Shown piece after piece: positions 44,898 through 57,201 of a DNA stretch of 64,000 bases. The stretch comes from Tubiluchus corallicola (Eukaryota; Animalia; Priapulida), in contig JAQGDQ010000143.1 of assembly GCA_030141605.1 (NCBI GenBank), forward strand, positions 124,001 through 188,000, written 5' to 3'. Made by a program: the position numbers and the translations under genes. The notes under the pieces are model-generated. The model worked only from the letters and a program-made list of their open reading frames with translations, made no database searches and had not been told where the DNA came from. Every line of letters starts with the position of its first letter. Positions within the stretch are counted from its first letter, which is position 1.

Positions 44898-47800
44898 TCA
44901 TCACCACCATCATCATCATCATCATCATCATCATTATCATCATCATCATAATCATCATCATCATCATCATAAAAAATAACATCATCATCGTCATTATTGT
45001 CATCATCGTCACTTTTATGATGAGCATGATCATAATTATCATTGATCATCATTTTGATGCATTTAATCACATAATTGAAATTTAATTTGCATATAGAAAG
45101 GTGATGATAGAAACAACATTGTTTATTACACGAACACAGTCGTAATAATGCATGAAGCAGAACAACAGATACTCAACTATTACGACTCTGCATACAGAGT
45201 CCTCTGTCGACTGGAAGGAATTGGTGATAGAGTGATAACATCTGCACCTTATGACGTCGGGTAAATATTTCTGGCTTATGATATTTCACGATACAAAAGC
45301 CATTATTTTGTAGCTTCTAGTTTCACTCAGTTTCGTTGCAGTTTGCAGTATAATCAATTATTATGCAGCAGAATTTTAGTAAAATATTAATAGCAAAAAG
45401 CAATTTAGCTATGTTCATTTCAACGCATGTTATAGAGATGTAGATCTAGCTCAAGGAAAGACGGGAAATGTGGACGCGCCCCTTTGCAGTTTGAAAGTAG
45501 TTCCGGGCACCAGTCCTCAAGCGCCACCTGTAGCCAGAACCTTCCGCTTGGGAGAAACAGCAACTCTCGTAGTGACATTGGAAGATAATTGTAAGGATAC
45601 CACACGCTTTATGAAGTACAACTATTATTTGACCACTGCATATTTTTGAGAAAACGATTAGATTAAAAATTGCGGAACAAGGCAAAAATCTCCTAATTAC
45701 AAATCTCCTAGTTAATGTTACGTGTGTTAAACTTTTTATTGTACTGAAGCTTTTAACACTTTCTTCTTTTAACAGCAAATTTTGATTTATTTGTGTCGCG
45801 ATGCTTCGCCCATGATGGAATGAAAGGACTGACAACAGCTCTAGTAGATGAACAAGGGTATGGGACAAATTTACACGCATTTGTATATATTAATTTTATG
45901 TAGTTAATTCCTGAAATGCACATTATGCGCGTAATTGTGTGCTGGCTAGTATGAGAATTCAAACCTGCACTTTGGCTGTGTGAGCTCATAGCTCAAACCG
46001 GCTAGAGAGTGTAGCCTGAAACCACAATGTATCGGTTCGAATCTTGGTTGACTAACAAGTTTTCAGAGGTTTTTGCCTTCTATCTGTGACTGTTCATTAT
46101 AAGTTACAAGCAAATCCCACCAGCACTTTTTGTCAAAATCTACAGAGCTCATATGACAAGCAATTTCAGCAATTTCAATGTAGTTAACGTATACGTATAA
46201 ATCATAGTCACACATTGACAAAATTTCTATGACAAATAATATTTTTTAATAAATTGTAATTTATTTTGAAACAAACTGAAAGTTAAATTAAGTGTAATTG
46301 CAAATTTCAGATGTCCTGCAAACGATGTTGTACTTCTTGGCAGTCTCAGAAAGAATGACGTCTTAATCAGAGGCAAGACGCTAGTTTATGTGAACACACG
46401 TGTCTTCAAATTTCCAGATGTATCTAATGTCCATTTTGAATGTCTTTGCGAATTGTGCCTGGCAAAGTGTCATAAGGTACGATGGCACAATGAAAACCTT
46501 GACTGTTTTGCTTTGCCTTTCGAAACCATTATATTGACAAAACTAGACAATCTTAACAATTGACTGATTTTATTTCTTCAAGTCAAATCAACGCAGAACG
46601 ATTTGTGAGGAAAAAAAGCAACGAAGATTAAATTTTCTCTCTGCATTCCAGAAGTTTTGGGAAACAAAACAAACTTATCAATGATATTAAATTTAAAAAA
46701 AAATGTTCAGCCTTGTTTTTATTTGGTAGACATCTGCTTTTATTACTGTTGAGATATATCCGTCTATATCATTTTGTAAAGGGGGTAATGTAAGTCAATT
46801 CATGTAGCTCTGCTGCACAAATGTTGAAAATTTTATCATTTTACAATAGGTGTTGTTGCCGATGCTATAACTGTTCGGGTATTCATTAATTTTTTTGACT
46901 TGACTGCATAACGTAAACATCTTAAAAGTATCTCTTTATAATGGTTATTATACAGGCCGCCTGCTCCGGTAAGGCTAATGATGCAATAGAAGAGAGGAGC
47001 AGTAATGGTAATATAGTAGGATCATCAATCAGCACGTCACAGCTAGCAGTGTCGGCAAGGAAAGGTACCACACGAGAAAAACGCGATAGTCTCAGTAATG
47101 ACAACAACGATGAAGTAGAACTAGTTGCAGATGATCAGGAACTTAACGTTACTAGTATTAGCGTTTTCAACAGCATCACTGTAGAAATAGAAGAGAACGA
47201 GCCAGATACTATGCCGGCAGGTAAGAAAAAAGGCGCTATTAACTAGTCAAATTAATTTTTGTTCAATCTGTCCAGTCATTTTCTTCTCTTTTTTGTTGCT
47301 GTTCTTTTGTTCTTGCCATTTTGCAACGTCATTGCTACAGATGACTTGTTGGTGAGTCACTGCTGCTGCAAAAATTTGACCTTGTTTTTACATTCGCTGA
47401 CTATTATTGAGTGTCATAACTATCCGCTGTTATTGGTCAGCGATGAAAACCTAGACATCTGATGGTGGCGCTTTTGCTGTACTTATTTTTGGCATTAATA
47501 TTCACGGCATTGTTGGCATTAATTGTCATTGACCATATCATCGATCATCATCACCAGTTTCGTTGTCGTTATCACTATAGCTACTGTTTTCGTTAACTCA
47601 GATTCTCTCTGGGATTTTCTGCAACTTTACTAGTTTAATTAACTAATTTTTAATTATTCTACTACAGGACTTACACGCGATGTATTTCAAGAAGTAAGAA
47701 GAGAGGAATTGACTTCGGCTGCTTCAAGCAAATTTTGCATATCAAGAGCTTCATTTGCTGCTGGGTTGTCGACAATGGCATTGTTGTTGTTGTTTGCAAT

Positions 47801-48557
47801 CAGCTTAGCATTGATTCTCTGGGCAAAATTAGTACGTAATCGTCCAACTATTACACCATCATCGTCGTACGATGGTTCACATATTGGATCTGTGTTGACC
47901 GCAGACACTGTCGATCATCTCCTTCCATTCAGCACGTTGTCTAGTGCAAAAAGTGCTGGCACAAAGTCCCAGTTTTTATTCAGACCTCACGGTGACAGTG
48001 GAACCATGCATAGAAACAATTTAGTATCTAAGCATAGTTTGCCTGTAAAGAAGAACACACAAAAGAAGAAAACAGGGAGTTTAAGAAGTACGCTAAGTGC
48101 GAGTAGTAGCGTTCTGAGCGCAATAGAGGCAGCAGCTACATCAAGACAACGTCATGGCAGCATTAGATCAGTGAGCAGTGCAATCAGAAATGGTGGAATG
48201 CTGCATTGTTCAACAGACTTGACTGAACATTTATATCATCCGTGCGACACAGCAAGTCAAAGAAGTGGTTCAATGTGCGGCGAACAACCGAGGGGAACGG
48301 AGAGCCTGCGTAGTTTGATGGCTACCCCAAAGCTCGTCTCAAGGGAGGAGTTAGATAACTTGAGCCAGAAGGATTACTTTTTTGGTTGTGATGAGCAAGG
48401 GCATGCAGGCCGTGAGCACGGCACTAATGCTCAAGCAGGTGCCGATGCACAACAAGCATTGATGGATAAGATGGGAACTATCGAAAAACTGCTGTTAACA
48501 CAATATTTATCAGATACGCTTCGAAAAAAGTCGGATAAAGTGGCGCCACCTAAGTAG
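42760..48557 (+). CDS. Single-pass ZP-domain protein (cuticlin/dusky/miniature-like), about 684 aa, 9 coding exons
   Basis: Exons 42760-42828 (signal peptide), 43366-43444, 43928-44112, 45097-45260, 45436-45590, 45776-45857, 46311-46476, 46956-47220, 47668-48557; total 2055 nt in frame. ZP-N: C...MRVNIRFSRAFSGYVYPKG..C...CGT. ZP-C: CFAHDG...VDEQGCP...FKFPD...FECLCELC. Furin site REKR; TM FAAGLSTMALLLLFAISLALILW. Confidence 0.88.
44810..45050. repeat. Compound (CAT/CGT/CAG)n trinucleotide repeat in a ZP-gene intron
   Basis: Directly visible; produces spurious poly-D and poly-M ORFs. Confidence 0.9.
45968..46053 (+). mobile_element. tRNA-derived SINE-like element
   Basis: A-box-like TAGCTCAAACCGG and B-box GGTTCGAATC, but no clean cloverleaf. 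Homologous inverted copy at 33415-33505. Confidence 0.6.
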
Positions 48558-51482
48558 TGGCATATTAAAATATATGCATGATGCCACTTTTATCAGTGAG
48601 GATTATAAATAGCAAATTTTGTATATATGATTTCTGTAAAGAATCAATTATCTTACGTGCTGGCGTTTTTGTATATGTATATGTATATGTATATGTAACA
48701 TTAGTGTCACAGTGCTCTTTTCCGAGTCAGCTTAAACTAGTTCCCGTCGGAATACTCATAGTTTGCAATCGGGATTTTGGTCTCTGGTCAGCTTGGGACG
48801 TTAATAAACATATTACCACGAAAATCATGCCACGAAGCTTTGGTATGAGCGATAACGGAACTAGTAACGTGAGGTTATTTTCAAAATGTATATAGGTCCA
48901 ATGATAGTAAGATTTCATAGTTCGGTAAATATGGTCCATATAGCCTACATTTTAACTTGGATAACAGCTTGCAGCTCGCTAAAACAGCAAGCTTTGCCTA
49001 CACGCTTGTATGTAGTACGTTTCTCTTATGCTAATAAATTATTAATAATAGTAAAAACAATAGCAACATGCGCATAACTTAATTTTTTGTTCCACTTTAA
49101 TGTATCAAAGTTTACTATAAATACAGGCTGACGATAATGTAATAAACACTTTCGCCACAATCACCTTTTTGACTTTATTAGCTTATTAGCATGCAAACTT
49201 TATAATAAGAATTCACTTTAAAATTAACGTGTATTAGATCTGAGATGGCAAAGTTTAACCTTTTCCTTCGAATGTCACGGAAGTATCACTAAAAATCTCT
49301 GAAGCAGAGGCCTAGTAACTGATTTATCATAATGTCTGAGAGACATTCTAAATGGTCTTTTCCAGCTTAGGTTACATCACAATAACATGCGGCAAAAAAA
49401 CAAGACAAAGAAAGAGAAATTAGGAAATAATTTTGAGGAAACTGTGAGACCATAAGGAGAAACATATTCCTCAACACACGTATGAACAAAAAATAATTAG
49501 TTAGAAAGAATAGTTAAAAATAACTTCAAGACCAATGGTCAATGGTGAAAATAATCGCATTTACTAATAATAACTTCATGTATACTTGCCCGGCCAATTT
49601 TTTTTTGTATAGTTGCTTTTCCTCGCAGCTATCTGGCACCATTTTGTGAACCATCTATGATATCTGTTCAACTTTGTTCATTTGATTTCGACCTGCTGGC
49701 TTTAGAATGGTGTTTTATTTGGTATTTATTATGTAAATGGGTATCCAACATTCAATGGTAAGACCTACTTAATCCTCGAAGATTAAATGCTGGGCTGACA
49801 AGAGATGTCTTAAGCATATTTTAATGTGAATACACCCTCACTTAACGAGGTCAGATTCAGAATGAAACGGCTCAGAAAAAGGGTTGAATCAGGCAGTCAC
49901 CATTCCATTCAATGACCAACTTTGGTGTTGTTCAACTTCAGGCACTAAAGATACATCGTAACCACTTGGTTTTTCTTTGCCCGTAATGATTCCTACTGTA
50001 ACTTAAAAAACCTATTTATTATTTACAATCATTAATATTCTATAGGGCTCTAGTTTATTTTTATTTAAATAAATTTATAATCGCGATTCGTAACGTCAAT
50101 AATTATTAAGGAGTTGACTTATCTTTCATCAAAAATAACAAGGCTAAAACTTCAGTTTCCCTTATGTGCGTGTTCTCACCCCTCTTGCAATTTGCAAGTG
50201 GTTACTCCCGCAGCAGAACTATTATGCACACTCTACTAGACTCTAGTGAGGCGCCATAGATTAGAGTCAATAGAATAGACCAGCGTCAATTTTACATTTG
50301 CCAAGAAATTTGCACTGGTTACTCATCGTCAAGCTTATTATCTGTCATTATTACTGATGCAGGTAAGTTTAACCTTTATTCAGTGTTCATGTAATCGATT
50401 AAAAAAGAATAATGTAGATTTCTTTGTGAATTCAAAATCTGTGCTATATAATAGAGTTCTATTCTAGAAAGGACTCTATCCTACTGTACATGCATGTGCG
50501 TTCACTGACTGCTTGATGCTTGTAGAAGTCTGAAGTCGTTGCACTTGCGCAGTTGCGGTTGCGCAGTACCGACTACGTGCTCAGCTCACTGGTTTAGCTG
50601 CGACTGCGCAGTGTTTCCTGTGGTTTAAGCCGCGTTTCCATTATCCAAGAGGGAGTTCAGTACTGCCTATTATCACGGGATTTTCTTTACTGACGGTTCT
50701 CCGAAGGGAAAAAATTAATTGTTGTTATCGTTGTATAAAAATAGAGAAAATATAACTGAAAAACTAACGCTAAATGTGTGTGCAGAATCATACCAAAAAT
50801 GATAGTACAAGATAATTTTTTTATGCTGCTGTAATTTTATATGCTATAATTAGTATTTAATCAGCACAAAATATTTTTGTCAGGAAACAAATTTGTTGCG
50901 AAGCCGAAGCAAATTAGATTGTTAAAAGAAAAATCCGGGGTGTGTAAATTTCCATGTGAGCGGCTACTTGGATTTATGCATTACTTTTAAAAATTCACTA
51001 AGCAAAATTAATAGGCTACCCTTTTCAAAAAATAACCTCACTATTTAACGACATCCACTTTTCCAGAGATAAATATATAAAATTATGTAGAGTTAACTTT
51101 AAGCAATATTCTTCTATTTGTAGTGAACTAAGCATGTAGGCCTAGTTATTAAATTACATTAATTTTTAATTTTTTCACAATAATCCATTTGCTGCCTTTA
51201 TCTAAGCTATTTCTTTAACTCAATAATATTTGACACATTTAGCTGATTTTCTGAGTTCAATTTGAAATAACGAGACGTTAGCTGAATTTTTAAGTTTATT
51301 TTGAAATGACTGGAGGTCTTAGCAAAACTAAGCTAGTTTATAATTGTTGATGAAATCATATGAATATTTTGGGGGTTTTGAAGCCCAGAAAAGCACTTAA
51401 CTGGAATTTTAAAATTAGCGATTTTTGACTATAGCTGTCCTAGTGTCACTAGCAAGTTTAGAAGACATGTGAAATCAAAATC

Positions 51483-54400
51483 ATGAAAAGAAAGAGAAGC
51501 GAAGAACAGGAGGAAACTGAAAACAGCTTCCTTGATGCTGCTTTCTCTCACAAGCTGGATTTGTCGTCTGTTTGTGACGAAAACACCATGACACTTGTAC
51601 AGAACCATGCGCAGGTATATAACAGCATCCATAGCAAAAAACAGTGAAATACATCTTTAAATGGCTTTTAGTTGTAAAATATTTTATTTATCCTTTATTT
51701 ATGATGTAATCTAGATGAACTCTGTAACTTCTGTCTGTGATGGCTCTTCCTAAGTCCCCATTTGAATTCATTCAAGCGACTTGTTTTATAAATTCTCATG
51801 TCAACAGTATACGGCCTATTAATTTTAAATGCGTGAGAAATTCTATTTCTTGTTTGAAAAGTAGGTAGACAAAACTTAGCCATTATAGTAAATTTCATCT
51901 GACATATATCTTTTTACTCAGTTTATTTGTAGAAGGCAACTAAACAACAGCAGGGTTTAACGTCAAATTGATCATAATAGACTAACTAGTAAATATACAA
52001 ACAATTATGATTTTAGGCTATTGGTGTGCAAGAAGAGTACGTTCTTTTTCCTCTGCTGGCTTCAGTAGCTGCCCTGATGGCTAATTCTACTGTTGAAATC
52101 AACCCGGAGTGGTGTGAACCAGTATCACTGTGGACAGCAGTGGTAGCTTTCCCGTCTACCAGGAAGAGTTCTGCATTGAATCGGTTATTTCAACCATTGA
52201 AGAAGATGCAAACAAAGCTACAGATGCCTAGACTCCTTGTGTATGATTTCCTGTTACCAGATGATTTGAAGTCGGTGTACACATCCTCGCCGTGCTCTTC
52301 TGTTGCCTTGCTTGACGATATTTTGCAGGTGAATTTATAAAGATGCGAACTTACATTTATTAAATTAATATTATAAAATTTTTGTTGCAGCAAAGGGCTT
52401 TGGCATGTTAAATTACATGTTAATCGATGTCGACCTCTGTTTTATCGGCTCTTTTTAATGAGCTATGTGCTTTATCTGTTTGCTTTTTTGGTTTTTTCTA
52501 GAATTGCGTTTTGACTTGGCCACGCAGTGTTAATTGATGAAGTCACTAAACCTGTGTCCAGACATATTTAGTGTTGTAAACGATCCAAGTTTTGTTTGCC
52601 TAACTGTCATATACCATATTATGTCATATTACTAAAATCTGATGTAAATCTAATACTTACATCTCGTCATTCTCCATTATTTCGTCATCTTTCTCACCTT
52701 ATCTTCACACTTCCATAATCATTTTTCAGGCTTTCCTTCTTGTTATGTTATGTTATGTTATTGTTATGTTTTGAACAGAAATCATTTGTGCTTCTTCTCA
52801 CTGTAATTCATCAATAGGCTATATGCTATTTAAGATTATTTCTAATATTATCTCTGTATTGTGTATTTTTGTATATGATATTGGCGTATCTGTGTCATTG
52901 GCTTTTGGAATAAGTAGAATTCAAACTCCAAACGGTACACTTCCGCCCGCCCGTCGGTTTTATTGGCATTTTTTAAAGTCATGTTGTTTTTATTCACCAA
53001 CTAACATAACTGCTGAAAAGCTGAATCTAGGATTGTTGTCTGTTTGACCTCTGACTTGATCATGATCGAGGTACTGTGCAATTATTATCTCTGAAGTGTG
53101 CCCCCTCACAGTTTCTGTACGCAAATTCAAGTTATCGAATTCTAGCAGTTAAACTGTTCACCGAGTAGTGAAACCAATTACAACACTACATTGGTCAGGT
53201 CTCTAGTTTATAAAACAAAAATGATGGCCTAAGTGAGATTAGTAAATTTTTCGCCCAAGTATTTGTCTTTGTGGCCCCCTTCAGTTAGGACACCATGTGC
53301 GCGTATTGCGTAATGCGTGATCCGTAATAGTAATGCTTGATGCGTATGCGCACGATAGCGATCACGTTCGAGTATTAAACTCGAATTAAATTCGAGCATT
53401 AAGTGGTGTTTACGTAGCATTCGGATGCGTATGCGTTTTGGGGGTTCGGAATAGATAAAATCGGTTTATATTGGTTTCAATGCGCCCGTTTTTGCAGCCT
53501 GCCCATGCGTTATGCTTTTTCTGCTGCTATTCCTATTGATTTTTTTTCCGCAGCTATTCCGCAGGTGGAAACGCATACGCATTCGGATGCTACATAAACG
53601 CCACTTTACGGATTGCGCATTACGTGCACGTGGAAACGCTTTCACGTGTTTAATACAAACTGTTGTACACGCATCACGCATCACAAATTGCGTACGTATG
53701 GAGTCTACCTTTACACTCATCTGGTGTGACAAATTTAGCGCAAGCACTAGATTTTTTGTATCATCTATCACTACCAGTTTAAGACCCTTAAAGGAGATAC
53801 GGTAATGAAGTTTCGAGAAAATTGACTTTTGACCTACCCAAGAAAGTGGCGCGAGGAAACGCGTTTCTTAAAAAAACAAGTGACGTGCTGTGGTAGCCGC
53901 CCAAAAAAGTCAAAATTTGTAAGCTTAAGTTTCAGCTTATTGCTATTAAATTTACAATATTACTATATAGTAAAGATAAAATTTATCACGCTAATACAAA
54001 ATAACATTAATTTTACAGATAGTGAAAGAGTTATTAAAAACGGCTGATCATCACTATTACTGTCTGCATCAGATGAAAAATCTTTTTGACAACACTCTTT
54101 TGGAATCTCGTTTGTCGATTGGTGGATTTACTTCCCCCGAGGAGGCTACAATTCCAGCTGAAGATCAGCCGCCTGTATTCGATCGTTTTCTTCTTTGCTG
54201 TCCAGAAGTGAGAAATACGTATTACCGTGATTTGTGCGCTCCAATGCCAGAAACAACACCTTCTCTGGAGGACTTGTTCTATGTCTTGCAGAAGGAGCAC
54301 CAACAACGTGCTCTTGTTTATAGGTAATCTGGCCGTTACGAACTATGTAATAATAGGCTGTCGATTTAATATCGAGACTCAGATGATACTTGATTTATTA

Positions 54401-55903
54401 TCTTTTCTCACTAAAATCACATTAAATAATAATAAATTAGCTCTCCCTTATCTCACACGACATCTTACCCTCATGAAAACCTATATTAAAGACTTTCAAA
54501 AAGGCAGAGCAAAGTTTCTATTTCGTTTATTAACTGTAAACCTTCAAAGTTCTTAGGCTAGTCTTCCGTCCGTGAACTGCAACAGCTAAAGCAGAAGGCA
54601 TACAAGAAATGTGTTTATAGTAGCCAGTTTTTAGTAGCCACGTTTTATATCTCAGATTACGCTACCTCACGATTAAAATTTATGTTCACATATGCAAAGT
54701 TTGTCAGCGAAAATATAAAAAAAGCCAATTACTTTTTCATGTAGATTTCAAGATGAAGCCCATCAGACATTTGTAACGTGCCATAACCACTTTACGCATT
54801 GGGAAGCCACCTGTCCCGACAAGCGACAAAAGCAGCTTTTACGGAGAGCACCAAGTTTCCTAGCACGGTGCTCGTGTGTCTTGGCAGTTCTTCGCCAAGC
54901 TCTGGCTCTTTTTACTTTGCACGAATTGGAAGATCAAGGGCAATGGAAGATTGAGATATGCATTGAAGATGTCAATAATGCAGCAGCATTGATCAGCTAT
55001 TGTTTGGCAATAAGATTCAGTCTTGAGAAAAATTGTAAGCAAACAATAACAGAATCTGAATATCAGAGGCAACAGCCACCAAATAATAATAAAGAAGTTG
55101 GATATAGTCAAAGTCAATTATGCATCAGCATTGCTCCCATTGATGCCTACAACAATCGTCCAACAGACAAAGCAGCCATCTCATCTCACCGAAATTTGGG
55201 AAATGTAAGCCCTTTCAATAACGCAGCAGCAACCAACAGTTACTCTTCAGGCGGTACTGCTAGTTTAAGTAAAAGAGGCGCCTCCAGTACTTTCCCCCTT
55301 AGTTCTGCTTCAATACTTCAGTCACAGGAGCTAAGTGACTGTAACATTTATGAGTCTGCAGGTATGAAGAGTGAAGATACAGATAACCAGTTCTGCAGGT
55401 ATAACGACAGCAATACAACAGAAACAAGAACATTTCACGAAGATGGTCTGCCGGAAGATGCTGTGGGCAGGCTAATGACAGGTCGGGATGCTGGAGAGCT
55501 CAGTTTCAGTCTAGTCGAGAGTGCTATAGAAGAAAGTGCTCCCTACGCAATACCTCTGTTTCTTACCACTTGTGGGCGCCACCTTCGACGATTTCTAGAG
55601 TTCCACAGTAAGCTCACTCCAAGTGTTATGTCTCAACGGCACCTGATGCCATCATTGACGGCAGAAGAGGCCGAGTTTCGAGACTCTGCTAACAGGTTTC
55701 CTGTGTCTTTGGCTCAACGGTTTTTGAGAGTGGTGGAGAAACTTGGCTTTGGTATAGTGGAAGAGGCTGGCTCTCACGGAACAAGAAAATCGCTTCACTT
55801 TGTCAAGAAACCGTTCGTTGAACTTGGGCCAGACCAGTTACAACTATTAAACTGTATACAAGTTTCAGAAAGCAAATATTCACAGAGTTTCATGCAGTTG
55901 TGA
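51483..55903 (+). CDS. DUF3987/YfjI-like P-loop-derived protein, about 635 aa, 4 coding exons
   Basis: Exons 51483-51614, 52017-52328, 54019-54323, 54745-55903; 1908 nt in frame. EYVLFPLLASVAALM...W.EPVSLWTAVVAFPSTRKS (Walker-A-like), ALLDD, LSIGGFTSPE, FDRFLL. N-terminal MKRKR is NLS-like. Probable 5'UTR exon donor CAG|GTAAGT at 50363. Family assigned by motif recall. Confidence 0.78.
53403..53604. mobile_element. MITE of about 200 bp, copy 2, apparently nested in another inverted-repeat element (about 53286-53712)
   Basis: TIRs gtggtgtttacgtagcattcggatgcgtatgcgttt / aaacgcatacgcattcggatgctacataaacgccac. Internal gaatagataaaatcggtttatattg is shared with 21622-21825. Confidence 0.8.
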
Positions 55904-57039
55904 ATGTGCAACAAGTTAAGAAGAAACGTAGTAAGACATTTCTTTTTTCGTTTAGGGCTTATATAAAAGTAAACGTGCATTAAGCATGTTGTGTTTTATT
56001 ATGTTGTCTTGCGTTGCATTGCCTTTTGTTATGCTTTGTGTTTTGATGCATTGCTTTCATTTGCATTTTACTGTGTAAATTTTATGTAAACATCCCAGTT
56101 TGTAAATTTTATGGATGTATTATACATTGTCATATGGGAAAATATAAAAATTGTAGTTATACTCTTGCATTCTGTAAAATAAATGTTACTTGTATTGTAT
56201 GTTGTTGTGTTTTATGCTCTTAGGTGCGCTATGCTATTTTGCACAGCTTAGCATTGTAAAGTATTGGATAATATAAAGCTGTATAATGTTGCGTTGCGTT
56301 GGTGCGGCACTCATTGTGTCACGTATTTTATAATATTGACTAAACGAAAACGTCAAATATCAAATATTTGAATTGAATTATGAATTTATTCCACAACGAA
56401 TCATACATACAACCATACATACAAATTGTTGATACATTACAAATTAAAATACATAAGTCACTGTGAGGAGGAGTAAGGAGCATTATGCTTTCGAGTCCTC
56501 CTCCAGAATGACTAAAATCGAAGAAAACTGCAAAAATTAGAAAAAACTGCAAATTTCGAAATATTATGTGAGGTAGGTTTATTCACATGAGTAGCATGCA
56601 CGTAAAAACTTTTTTACACTTCTTTCTTTAAATGCACATCTGTTTTTAATTAATTATACACGTAATAAACTTAGATTAATTTAATTTTGCAATTGTTTTT
56701 TTTTTGTTTCTGTAGGCTACTAAGTCCTCTGCACGCGTCATACCGTTAATATAATGGTTGCTGCTTGTGTTACACCTAAGGGGTGATACTACCCACACTT
56801 GTCCTCCATTCAAGCGTTACATAAATCTGGGTTAGGAGGTTTACTTTGCCAAAATTGCTGTCACAGTAGACCAATACTACCTTTCACGGTTACACACCGT
56901 GAAATATTTTGTTTCGTTTAACTACATTCTACTGTTATTATCACCGTCGTATTTTATAAACATCAATTGTTTCTGAAACTGAAAACGTGATAAAAAGAGT
57001 GAAGTAACTGATAAATATATATACAGTGTGTAATTAATG

Positions 57040-57200
57040 ATAGTGCAGTAACTGATAATTGTGAATAGAGCATGTGATTTAAAGTGAGTGCAGCAAGTGA
57101 TAAAGTCAGATATAGCATGTGATTTAAGTGGAGTACAACAACTCACATATCTGAATACAGCATGTGATTTAAGGGGAGTACAGTAACTGGTACATTTAAA
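57040..57200. repeat. 45-bp minisatellite, about 3.5 copies
   Basis: agcatgtgatttaa recurs at 57069, 57114 and 57159. Confidence 0.8.
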
Positions 57201-57201
57201 A

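Noticed and set aside
45980-46053. tRNA gene (GAA loop)
   Set aside because: Acceptor and anticodon stems do not pair, and a diverged copy exists at 33415-33505; better explained as a SINE head.
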